Positions 1 to 8,394 of a stretch of DNA of 64,000 nucleotides are shown here, piece by piece. The notes under the pieces are model-generated. The model searched no databases and was not told the DNA's origin. It saw nothing but the letters and a program-made list of their open reading frames with translations. The stretch lies in the sequence record PV292302.1. One strand, written 5' to 3'. A program made the position numbers and the translations under genes. Source of the DNA: Escherichia phage Jgk1. The stretch's first letter is position 1; each line of letters starts with the position of its first letter.

Positions 1-56
1 CTAAATTACGTGTATGGCATATTCCACAAGTACCCGGCAAACCTTTCTATGTAGAA

Positions 57-308
57 GTGGACTCTGTAGCCGAAGGTGTTAAGGTCATAAAAACCCTTGC
101 GTTATATGACCAGTTCCAGTTAGATAATAACATTAAAGGTGACTTTTCAAACATGAATGGACTTGATATGTATGACGAAAGTCTTACAGACCAAGACCTA
201 TCTGATATAGGATTAGAAGACCGCTGGATATCCTGGTACTACGAAGATGACAATGAATTCTTTGATGACCCAGAAAGGTATCTTGACTGGCTTGCTACGC
301 AATCCTGA
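57..308 (+). CDS. hypothetical small highly acidic protein (candidate DNA-mimic / anti-restriction)
   Basis: 83-aa ORF, about 21 Asp/Glu versus 5 Lys/Arg; followed by a strong terminator at 360-388; early-region position. Confidence 0.4.
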   Translation: MDSVAEGVKVIKTLALYDQFQLDNNIKGDFSNMNGLDMYDESLTDQDLSDIGLEDRWISWYYEDDNEFFDDPERYLDWLATQS

Positions 309-359
309 TTCTTTTTGTGGGTTGAAAAACCCCTGAATAACATTCCTTTGCTGTCTTTA

Positions 360-388
360 GCCCACCCTTGCGGTGGGCATCTTTTTTT
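360..388 (+). terminator. rho-independent terminator
   Basis: 7-bp GC-rich stem GCCCACC/GGTGGGC with 5-nt loop, followed by a run of 7 T. Confidence 0.6.
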
Positions 389-454
389 GATTATTATGGG
401 CATCCTTAGTCCATCATTCTGTCAAATGAAATCAACCCTTAACCAAGTTAGAAA

Positions 455-483
455 AACCCCAGCATTGTCTGGGGTTTTTTTGT
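455..483 (+). terminator. rho-independent terminator (second of a tandem pair)
   Basis: stem CCCCAG/CTGGGG with 6-nt loop followed by TTTTTTT; about 70 nt downstream of the first terminator. Confidence 0.6.
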
Positions 484-512
484 TTTGGTGTTTAATTAAC
501 TGGAGAGTAAAA

Positions 513-731
513 ATGCAGATTATTGAAGAAAGTATCTATGTACCATTCGCTGATATTGGATGCGGCGAATGCTTCCGTACTCAAAGGGACAACTCGAATA
601 TTTATATGAAAATTGCTCTTCATAATGGCGATGAAACCGCTGTTAACATTGAGAATGGTTGCGAACATGAAATCCTTAATAAGGATACCTTCGAGGTTGT
701 GCCAGTAACAACCAAGGTACATGTTAGATGA
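513..731 (+). CDS. hypothetical protein (72 aa)
   Basis: in-frame ATG at 513 preceded by GGAGAG RBS; the longer ORF 315..731 would cross both terminator hairpins. Confidence 0.35.
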   Translation: MQIIEESIYVPFADIGCGECFRTQRDNSNIYMKIALHNGDETAVNIENGCEHEILNKDTFEVVPVTTKVHVR

Positions 732-1081
732 TGGAAAAGAACCGCAGGAAGACACTCATCGAGCGTCTGCTTGCCCGTATCAAGATAATGGATATGGGCT
801 ATACCGTTAAGGGTCAACCTAGCCTATGCCACATCTGGACTGGTTCCCATTCAGGGAATGGTCGAGGTGGTCAATATGGCAGGATTTCCGTGAATGGAAT
901 TACCTCTGCTACACATATTGTGGCCTATACCCATTATCACGGATACATCCCCTGCAAGATGCAGGTAGACCATCTCTGTAATAACCGTTTGTGCTGTAAC
1001 CCCGAACACCTCGAACTGGTAACTCATCAGGAGAACCAGAAGAGAAGGGCTGCACGCCAAGCCAAAGGTAAAAAGAAATGA
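728..1081 (+). CDS. HNH endonuclease
   Basis: HNH motif ...VDHLCNNRLCCNPEHLELVTHQENQ...; ATGA start/stop overlap with the upstream ORF. Confidence 0.6.
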   Translation: MMEKNRRKTLIERLLARIKIMDMGYTVKGQPSLCHIWTGSHSGNGRGGQYGRISVNGITSATHIVAYTHYHGYIPCKMQVDHLCNNRLCCNPEHLELVTHQENQKRRAARQAKGKKK

Positions 1082-1263
1082 AAGATGAAGCAAAATTTGC
1101 TTTCTTTATTGGTGCTGTAGCTGGAATGTTTTTCATGGGGTTAGGTATGACGCATATCGGCCCCAATTCCAAAGCTAAAATTGATAGCTTAAAGGCTGAA
1201 TGTGAACTTAACATTCCTCGTAATGAATCCTGTGTAATGCAGTTCGTACCGGAGAAAAAATGA
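1078..1263 (+). CDS. hypothetical small membrane protein
   Basis: 61-aa ORF with hydrophobic segment FAFFIGAVAGMFFMGLGM; start overlaps upstream stop. Confidence 0.3.
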   Translation: MKDEAKFAFFIGAVAGMFFMGLGMTHIGPNSKAKIDSLKAECELNIPRNESCVMQFVPEKK

Positions 1264-1445
1264 CCCTAACTCGTACACAACAATCTACCCTGCGAATGAT
1301 TGCAGGTGGTTTAACTCGTGTTGCACCTAATAACAAAACTGCCATTGCTTTGAAGAAAGCTGGGCTGGTTTACCATAAACCTGCTTTTGGTTGGCTCCTG
1401 ACTGATGCAGGGAACCAGAAGCACAAAGAGCTAGTGGGTAAATAA
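1260..1445 (+). CDS. hypothetical protein
   Basis: 61-aa ORF, translationally coupled in the early operon. Confidence 0.3.
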   Translation: MTLTRTQQSTLRMIAGGLTRVAPNNKTAIALKKAGLVYHKPAFGWLLTDAGNQKHKELVGK

Positions 1446-1774
1446 TGAAAACTCTTTTAGCCGTTTTGTTGGTGTCAGCCTCTGTGCTGTCTTTCTCTGC
1501 CAAAGCCTCTGACTCATCAGATAATCTGATTGAGGCTGCTCAGGCATACCTCAATGAACCTATTGCCTATATCCAGCAAGGATACTTCATGGGCATGGTT
1601 CAGTTATATGGTGATAGCACAGAGAACTGCGTACCAGAAGGTCTTCGCTATCGTGAAGTAAACCAACGCGTAGCCCGTGTAATTGCTTATGACGCTAACG
1701 TCGTAACAATGCACTCGTCCTATAAAATCATGGAATACGCTTTCAACAAAGCCTATCCGTGCAAGAAACTTTAA
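1445..1774 (+). CDS. hypothetical secreted protein
   Basis: N-terminal signal-peptide-like segment MKTLLAVLLVSASVLSFSAKA. Confidence 0.4.
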   Translation: MKTLLAVLLVSASVLSFSAKASDSSDNLIEAAQAYLNEPIAYIQQGYFMGMVQLYGDSTENCVPEGLRYREVNQRVARVIAYDANVVTMHSSYKIMEYAFNKAYPCKKL

Positions 1775-1801
1775 TCATTAATTCCTAACAGGAGATGCAA
1801 A

Positions 1802-2149
1802 ATGAGCGACCGTACCCCCTCAACTGATGCCCTGGAAACTCTGGGCATGATTCACTTTAAGCCAGAACATCGTGATGCCATTCACTTAGCTGTTGAACCA
1901 GTGGTAGCTGGTTGCTCCCTGCGTATAGGACAGCGCATTGGTATTGTAAATGGTGTGGCTTACCCTGTTGGATTTAAAATCCAGTATGAAGGTAGTGCCT
2001 GTGAAGTAACTGCTCCTTACCACGGCATCGTTGACCCATTCCTGCCAACAGGACCACTCGAAGGCCAGAAGTTCTGGTTCGTAATGGCTCCACGGATGGT
2101 TACATCCTTACGTCATGTCTGGTCACACCCGGAGTTCCCTGATGAGTGA
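1802..2149 (+). CDS. hypothetical protein
   Basis: 115-aa ORF with AGGAG-like RBS upstream. Confidence 0.4.
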   Translation: MSDRTPSTDALETLGMIHFKPEHRDAIHLAVEPVVAGCSLRIGQRIGIVNGVAYPVGFKIQYEGSACEVTAPYHGIVDPFLPTGPLEGQKFWFVMAPRMVTSLRHVWSHPEFPDE

Positions 2150-2501
2150 ACCATTAGATATTAATGACGCTGCATTATGTGAAGCGTTGTTGTTAATGGG
2201 TGATGAAAAAGCCGTAGCCTGGGCATGGATTCAGGGTTATACCAAGAACCTGCTACAGGAAATTCAAGAGTATCTTGGTGATGTTGACTACGAATATCAG
2301 TCCAATGTCATTCAGGATGAATACGACTTAATGGAACTCGCTGACGGTCACCAGAATGGTAACTGGGGTGATTACATGATTGTTGGTGGACTCTTTGAAG
2401 GTAACGGCGTTGACCCGCTATTCTGGGACAAGTATGCAATTGTCCGTGGTATCCCTCGTGAAGAAGTGTCTGATAGTAACTTCTTCTCTTGCTCCTGTTA
2501 A
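2142..2501 (+). CDS. hypothetical acidic protein
   Basis: ATG at 2142 (MSEPLDIND...) overlapping upstream stop; the ORF-track start at 2115 is a non-ATG codon. Confidence 0.35.
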   Translation: MSEPLDINDAALCEALLLMGDEKAVAWAWIQGYTKNLLQEIQEYLGDVDYEYQSNVIQDEYDLMELADGHQNGNWGDYMIVGGLFEGNGVDPLFWDKYAIVRGIPREEVSDSNFFSCSC

Positions 2502-2512
2502 GGAATTAAATA

Positions 2513-3568
2513 ATGGCAAGTATCGACTCACTTGTTGTGTGTAACTCACGACAGGCTCGTAAGTTTGTTATCCGTACTTTGTTAGCAGGCAACGTTCCGT
2601 TCCTGACTTCATCTCCAGGTATGGGTAAATCTGCAATGATTCGTTCTATTGCAGAAGAATTTGGTATGAAGCTGATTGACCATCGTCTGTCTACTTCTGC
2701 CCCGGAAGACCTGTCAGGTCTGCCTCGTTTTACCTCAGATGGGCGTGCAGAGTTTGCACCATTCAATGACTTGTTCCCTCTGGAAGGGGATAAGATTCCT
2801 GATGGTTATAACGGCTGGCTTCTATTCCTGGATGAGTTTAACTCAGCCAAGAAGGAAGTAGTAGCTGCTGCATATAAACTGATTCTTGACCGTATGACTG
2901 GTCAGAAGAAATTACATGAAAATGTAATGATTGTCTGTGCTGGTAACAAACAAACTGACCGTGCCATCGTTAACCCAATGGGTACTGCAATGCAGTCTCG
3001 TGTGGTTCACTTTGAGATGGAAATGAATTTCGACATCTTTCTTGAAGATGTAATGATTCCTCAGAAGTGGGATGAACGTCTGGTTGCATTCCTTCATGCT
3101 AATACATCGTATCTGCATGACTTCGACCCAGCTCATAAGAACAAAACGTTCTGTTGTCCTCGTACATGGGACTTTGTTAACAAAGACCTTAAGAACCAGG
3201 CTCCTGGGGCTTTACCAGATGAAGATTCCCTCTATTATGCTGGTCATGTTACGGCAGGTAAGGCTACAGAATTCGTACAGTTTACTCAGGTTTATAACCA
3301 ACTGGTCACTATCGAACAGGTAGTTAAAGACCCGAAAAATGCACGATTACCCCAGGACAACAACCTGTGCTGGGCTACTGTTACATATCTCGCTAACAAG
3401 ACTACGGTAGACAATTTCCCAGAAATTGTGGAATACATTCAGCGTTTCAACACGATGACGCATCGTATTCTTTACTTCCGTGCAGCCAGTAAGATGTGTC
3501 CAGATGTCACTGGTTTACCAGAATGGCGTCAGGCTGCTGCTTCCCTGTCTCGTTACTTACACGGATAA
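2513..3568 (+). CDS. AAA+ ATPase, MoxR-like
   Basis: Walker A SPGMGKS, Walker B-like LLFLDEF; RBS AAGGA upstream. Confidence 0.7.
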   Translation: MASIDSLVVCNSRQARKFVIRTLLAGNVPFLTSSPGMGKSAMIRSIAEEFGMKLIDHRLSTSAPEDLSGLPRFTSDGRAEFAPFNDLFPLEGDKIPDGYNGWLLFLDEFNSAKKEVVAAAYKLILDRMTGQKKLHENVMIVCAGNKQTDRAIVNPMGTAMQSRVVHFEMEMNFDIFLEDVMIPQKWDERLVAFLHANTSYLHDFDPAHKNKTFCCPRTWDFVNKDLKNQAPGALPDEDSLYYAGHVTAGKATEFVQFTQVYNQLVTIEQVVKDPKNARLPQDNNLCWATVTYLANKTTVDNFPEIVEYIQRFNTMTHRILYFRAASKMCPDVTGLPEWRQAAASLSRYLHG

Positions 3569-3575
3569 AACAATA

Positions 3576-4748
3576 ATGAACCAGATACCTCAGCACACAC
3601 TTAGCGACGACCAACTGATGCGTGAATATGACCGTATTCAAGCTCAGGCATTCTTAGGTAAGAGTGCAGCTTTCTTTGGTTCGTTGCTGTGTAGCCTTAA
3701 ATTCTCATGGCAGCGTGAGAATTGTGAGACAGCTCAGACCGATGGTATTGAGCTGCAATTTAATCCAGACTTCTTTGTCTGGATGTGCCCAGATGCCAGG
3801 GAAACCGTGCTTATGCACGAACTCTGGCACGTAGCTTATCTTCACGGCATCCGTCAGGGTAGTCGTGATGGAAGCATTTGGAACGAAGCCTGTGACCATT
3901 TCATCAACCTTCAATTAGAAGCTGATGGTTATAAGTTCACTGGCATAGAAGATTGCTGCAAAGACCCACACTATATTGGATGGGTCGAAGAAGACATCTA
4001 CGATGACCTCATGAAGAACCCACAGAAAAGGCGTAAGCCGTCTGGTGGAATCTGTGATGGTCTTGCTGGCGACATGGTTACCCTCGCTTCAGGGTTGTCC
4101 CAGGGTGCTGTCGTCAACAACGTAGTACGTGCAATGCAGCAACAAAAACTAGCTGGTGGAACATTAGCTGGACAGGGTGCAGGGCGTTTAGAGGAAGTGA
4201 TTACTCAGTTCCTTAAGCCTGTAGTTCCGTGGCAGCAAGTCCTAATGGACTTCTTCACTGACATTGATGACACACGGTATACGTGGGCAAGACCTAACCG
4301 TCGGTACACTGATATCTATCTGCCATCTCTGGAAGATGATGAAGGACGTTTAAGACACCTGGTTTACTTCGAGGATGTATCCGGTTCTATTAGTAAGGCT
4401 GATTCTCTGCGTTTCAACTCAGAGGTTGCTTACGTTAAAAGTCAGTTCAATCCTAAAAAGATGTCTCTGGTCACTTTCGACGATATTATTCAGAACGAAA
4501 TTAATATCACCGAGGAGGATTCCTTCGAGGAGATTAAAATTACAGGACGTGGAGGCACTAGCCTCATTCCTGTACGTGACTGGATTATCAAACATAAACC
4601 AACGGCTGCTATCATCTTCTCTGATATGCATGTTGCTCCAATGCAAGAACTCCCGTTTGATATTCCTATCATCTGGGTTTGTTTAGGAAACCGTAGTGCT
4701 ACTGTACCTTTCGGTGAACTCTTACATATTGACCCAGGAATGAAGTAA
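3576..4748 (+). CDS. VWA-domain protein with N-terminal HExxH metallopeptidase-like motif (DUF2201-like partner of MoxR ATPase)
   Basis: HELWH motif and MIDAS-like DVSGS motif; immediately downstream of the AAA+ ATPase; start taken at first ATG after upstream stop. Confidence 0.55.
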   Translation: MNQIPQHTLSDDQLMREYDRIQAQAFLGKSAAFFGSLLCSLKFSWQRENCETAQTDGIELQFNPDFFVWMCPDARETVLMHELWHVAYLHGIRQGSRDGSIWNEACDHFINLQLEADGYKFTGIEDCCKDPHYIGWVEEDIYDDLMKNPQKRRKPSGGICDGLAGDMVTLASGLSQGAVVNNVVRAMQQQKLAGGTLAGQGAGRLEEVITQFLKPVVPWQQVLMDFFTDIDDTRYTWARPNRRYTDIYLPSLEDDEGRLRHLVYFEDVSGSISKADSLRFNSEVAYVKSQFNPKKMSLVTFDDIIQNEINITEEDSFEEIKITGRGGTSLIPVRDWIIKHKPTAAIIFSDMHVAPMQELPFDIPIIWVCLGNRSATVPFGELLHIDPGMK

Positions 4749-5254
4749 TGGTTATCAACGGAAAAGCTCTCTTTCACTCATCCCAACTACTCGATATACC
4801 TGACCGCAAAGTCTCACACCTAGGTGTAAGCTTTGGTCTGGGTGAAGCTGGTTATGATATTCGTATCAAACAAGATATAACCTTCTATCGTTTATTTGGG
4901 TTGATTCCAATGGTGAAAACTGTCGATGGTGAGACGGTAACTCGTCGCTTCGGTAAGTTTGCATTGGCTTCAGCAATAGAGAAGTTCAACATGTCACCGT
5001 CCTGCGTGGCTATCGTTCACGATAAGTCAACATGGGCTAGACGTGCTTTATCTGTATTTAACACCGTAATAGAACCAGGATGGAAAGGGTACCTTACCCT
5101 CGAACTGGTCTATCACGGTCGTAAGAAGTTACATATCCCGGCAGGTTCCGGGATTGCCCAAGTGTTATTCCATTTGGTTCAAGAACCTGCCCATTATGAT
5201 GGCAAGTATCAGAACCAAGAAAACCAACCTGTAGCTGCAAGAAGCAGCAAATAA
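4748..5254 (+). CDS. dcd: dCTP deaminase-like (dUTPase fold)
   Basis: C-terminal region ...IEPGWKGYLTLELVYHGRKKLHIPAGSGIAQV... resembles the bacterial Dcd pattern IDPGWSGCIVLEFYNSGK...; 168 aa. Confidence 0.6.
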   Translation: MVINGKALFHSSQLLDIPDRKVSHLGVSFGLGEAGYDIRIKQDITFYRLFGLIPMVKTVDGETVTRRFGKFALASAIEKFNMSPSCVAIVHDKSTWARRALSVFNTVIEPGWKGYLTLELVYHGRKKLHIPAGSGIAQVLFHLVQEPAHYDGKYQNQENQPVAARSSK

Positions 5255-5263
5255 GGAAAAATC

Positions 5264-5467
5264 ATGTCAGTATTTACTACCAAGACTCAATCCGGTCTGA
5301 AGACAACTGTAGTAGCAGCAAACGTTGCATTTGTAACTTGCGATGAGGGTAAAGCAACTATTCACTTTGCTGGTGGTGCTGTTCTTCCTACTGATGTAGG
5401 CTATGACTCAGTACGTCGTAATGTAGCTAAAGCACTCGGCAAATCTGCCGAAGCTGATACAGAGTAA
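5264..5467 (+). CDS. hypothetical protein
   Basis: 67-aa ORF with GGAAAAA-type RBS. Confidence 0.4.
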   Translation: MSVFTTKTQSGLKTTVVAANVAFVTCDEGKATIHFAGGAVLPTDVGYDSVRRNVAKALGKSAEADTE

Positions 5468-5575
5468 GTAATACCTGGGCTGAAATGAAGCCAAGGCATT
5501 TACCTGAATAGCCCTGCATCGTAGGGCTATTTGGGGAAGTTCCTTCCTTCCATTGCTTATCCATCTCCTATCCAA

Positions 5576-5600
5576 AGCCCACCTAACCGTGGGCTTTTTT
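5576..5600 (+). terminator. rho-independent terminator
   Basis: stem AGCCCAC/GTGGGCT followed by TTTTT; a second perfect 8-bp hairpin lies at 5508-5530 without a T-run. Confidence 0.55.
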
Positions 5601-5616
5601 AATTACAGGAAACGTT

Positions 5617-6042
5617 ATGTTTACTCGTCAATACGGTAAGTCTAACCTCATTGAAATGTTACTGGGTATGGACTTCGGCAAGTTGGAACAAACTGCATTG
5701 CAGATTGGGACAGGAATACATGATTCAATTGTTGTTAGTACCCCAACTGCCCGCAACGATAGTCAAGAAGATGCAATGGTTGTAATGCTGCAATATTTGC
5801 AACAAGGTCTTACTGGTACATTTGCAAAGCAACTACGGGCAGATGAGTTTGAATGTAAACCCACTCCTCACTGCCAGAAACTGGTATACAACATCATTGA
5901 TGGCTTTTGGACTAAAAACTCATTGGGATTATTTGGTTTATACAAAGAACAACTTGATAGGAATCCCAAAACCAAAGACCTGTTTAAAAGTAAAAGCACC
6001 ACTCACCATTACCCGTGGTACAGAAGAGGCAGCAAATACTAA
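5617..6042 (+). CDS. hypothetical protein
   Basis: 141-aa ORF after an intergenic region carrying a terminator. Confidence 0.4.
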   Translation: MFTRQYGKSNLIEMLLGMDFGKLEQTALQIGTGIHDSIVVSTPTARNDSQEDAMVVMLQYLQQGLTGTFAKQLRADEFECKPTPHCQKLVYNIIDGFWTKNSLGLFGLYKEQLDRNPKTKDLFKSKSTTHHYPWYRRGSKY

Positions 6043-6488
6043 TGCGTATCCCATTCTTAAACAAAAGGAAAGTAATTCCGAGTCTATTCCAGAAAGGGAT
6101 TGAGGATGAATTTGCACTTAATAAAAAGGCTCAAGAATACATTGTGACCCTGTTTGTGGGCATTCACTCAAGTGCAGAAGTACCACTCACTTTCATCTTT
6201 GAACAGGTGTTTGTTGTGTACAATCTGGCCTTGTTTTCTGGTTCCCACGAAGTGAGTGACCAAGCTCGCATAGCCCTGCAAAAGCTCCGTAGCGAGTTTG
6301 AGGAGCTAAATACTAATGTTCCATACATAATGGATGCATTTACGTCTGTGGCCTGCTCTAAGGCTCTGCAAATGGGCATTCCAATCTTACAATCACTACC
6401 CCGTAGTGAATTTAAGCTAGCCTATGTGCAAGCCAGAAAATTAACAGAGTCAGGCAATATTTTAACCTACCTTGAGACTCTAAGATGA
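6042..6488 (+). CDS. hypothetical protein
   Basis: ATG at 6042 overlapping upstream TAA (TAATG). Confidence 0.4.
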   Translation: MRIPFLNKRKVIPSLFQKGIEDEFALNKKAQEYIVTLFVGIHSSAEVPLTFIFEQVFVVYNLALFSGSHEVSDQARIALQKLRSEFEELNTNVPYIMDAFTSVACSKALQMGIPILQSLPRSEFKLAYVQARKLTESGNILTYLETLR

Positions 6489-7486
6489 TTAGTGCAAAAG
6501 TGATTGCTGACAGTATCCATTCGGAGACTGGAACACGTATCACAACGTTTGAACTGGTATACCCACGTTTCATTCATAGTGAGTTTATGACTCACCGTAT
6601 CTTCAACCGTAATGCCTCTAGCAGTCGTGCAATCCCTACCGACCGTTTCATTGAACAGGTTCGTACTAGCCCAGTATTTCCAAGCTACTGGGGTAAGAAC
6701 CAGAAAGGTATGCAGGCATTTGAAGAACTGTCTGAAGACCAACGTAGTGATGCAATCTTTATCTGGGACCAGGCTGCGTCCAGTGCTGCTACCTATGCAG
6801 AAATGCTGCGTCGTGGACAAGTCCATAAGCAGATTGTTAATCGCATTCTGGAACCATTCACACACATTCGTGTGGTAGTAACCTCAACCAGCTGGGCTAA
6901 CTTCTACGGCTTGCGTGACCATAAGGACGCACAACCGGAGATTCGTATCCTGGCTCAGGAGATGAAAAAAGCCCATGCTGAAAGTAAACCTACGAACCTT
7001 CACTGGGGTGAATGGCATCTTCCGTATATTACTGCTGCTGATTCTGCTAATGCTTATAATCATTGCAAATATCAACGAGTTACGAGAGATGAGCCAAATA
7101 GTGAGGAGATTTATGGTCTGCTACTGAAAGTGTCTGCTGCACGATGTGCACGAGCTTCCTACAATAACTTTGAAGGTAAGCCATCCACTCTAGAAGAAGA
7201 CCTGAGTTTGTTCTCTAAGCTAGTAGAAGACCAACCTATTCATGCTAGTCCTACTGAGCATCAGGCAACACCTATGCGTCGTTCTATGCCATACGTAAAC
7301 AACATGAACCCATCTACGTGGGAACAAGGTGTAACGTCTATGGATAGAGAAGGCAAATTGTATTCAGGTAACATCCTGGATTTTATCCAGTTCCGTAAAC
7401 TCATTCCTGGCGAAACAATCACAAAGGAATCTGACTATAAAAAACGTTGCGATGAGGTTTTACTTTCTCGTAATGGCAGAGTCTGA
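6485..7486 (+). CDS. thyX: flavin-dependent thymidylate synthase (ThyX)-like
   Basis: motif ...THRIFNRNASSSRAIP... resembles the ThyX RHR-x7-S signature; lies next to dCTP deaminase. Confidence 0.45.
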   Translation: MISAKVIADSIHSETGTRITTFELVYPRFIHSEFMTHRIFNRNASSSRAIPTDRFIEQVRTSPVFPSYWGKNQKGMQAFEELSEDQRSDAIFIWDQAASSAATYAEMLRRGQVHKQIVNRILEPFTHIRVVVTSTSWANFYGLRDHKDAQPEIRILAQEMKKAHAESKPTNLHWGEWHLPYITAADSANAYNHCKYQRVTRDEPNSEEIYGLLLKVSAARCARASYNNFEGKPSTLEEDLSLFSKLVEDQPIHASPTEHQATPMRRSMPYVNNMNPSTWEQGVTSMDREGKLYSGNILDFIQFRKLIPGETITKESDYKKRCDEVLLSRNGRV

Positions 7487-7653
7487 TTGTGTTGTTTGGT
7501 TTGAACAACTATTAAGGCAATCGCAATGTCCGAAGATGATAAAAACGTACTGTGTAACTTTGTTGGACAGTACTGGGATTTATTCCAACAACACTGTGCC
7601 GAATCGGGGGATGACCCTAATCGCATTTATGAAGAATTAGGTGGAGAGCCTGA

Positions 7654-7899
7654 ATGAAAAAGCTCACTATTTACGCAATGATTGCTAGCTGTATCATTTC
7701 ACTGATTTATGTAATTAAGCTTCAGTGGTTCATAGAAACTGATATTCAGTTCTGGCGAATTACTGCCATTAATGCACTAAGTGAGTTTGGTGTACTGTGC
7801 TTCTATTACTACGCTCGTGACTACGAGGCTATTAAGGCGCAGGAGGAACATACTAAACGTGTTATGGGTATGTTCTACGGTAAGGAACCAAAAGAGTAA
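7654..7899 (+). CDS. hypothetical small membrane protein
   Basis: N-terminal hydrophobic segment; followed by a terminator. Confidence 0.4.
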   Translation: MKKLTIYAMIASCIISLIYVIKLQWFIETDIQFWRITAINALSEFGVLCFYYYARDYEAIKAQEEHTKRVMGMFYGKEPKE

Positions 7900-7904
7900 A
7901 CATA

Positions 7905-7930
7905 AGACCTCCTCCGGGAGGTCTTTTTTT
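7905..7930 (+). terminator. rho-independent terminator
   Basis: stem AGACCTCC/GGAGGTCT followed by TTTTTTT. Confidence 0.6.
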
Positions 7931-7956
7931 GATTCTATTAATGTCCGGGAGGACTT

Positions 7957-8283
7957 ATGTTAAACCCTAATATTGTACACAGTAAGACAGGTGAACTTGT
8001 TCCTCTGGACTCTGTAGCTACCGTTGAAGATATTCTGGCTTGCCCAGCAAATATCGCAGCACTTTGTATGTGCATCGTGGAGCTAACTAAAGAGCGTAAG
8101 CTCTGGCTGGAACCAAGCAAAGAGATGGTTCAGGCTGGTTTGGCAGAAGTTCAATCCATGCTAGATAGTTGGGAAGATGATGGCACATTGTCTTATGGAG
8201 CCGCAGATGATATCTCCGATGTAAAAGCATCTGATATGGCTGTATTTGTATTACAAGCTATGGCTGGTAAACGTAATGGCTGA
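7957..8283 (+). CDS. hypothetical protein
   Basis: 108-aa ORF. Confidence 0.4.
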   Translation: MLNPNIVHSKTGELVPLDSVATVEDILACPANIAALCMCIVELTKERKLWLEPSKEMVQAGLAEVQSMLDSWEDDGTLSYGAADDISDVKASDMAVFVLQAMAGKRNG

Positions 8284-8394
8284 TATCTGGTTAGCCTTAT
8301 TAATATTCGTAAGTAACTTCGGAGCGTTATTAGGATTTGCCGTCATATTACTAGCACTATTTTCATAAGCTGCATTCTATCTGGAGAGTTAAAA

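Noticed and set aside
315-512. 5-prime part of ORF-track entry 315..731
   Set aside because: This part of the ORF runs through two strong terminator hairpins (360-388, 455-483); a start at 513 with an RBS is far more plausible.
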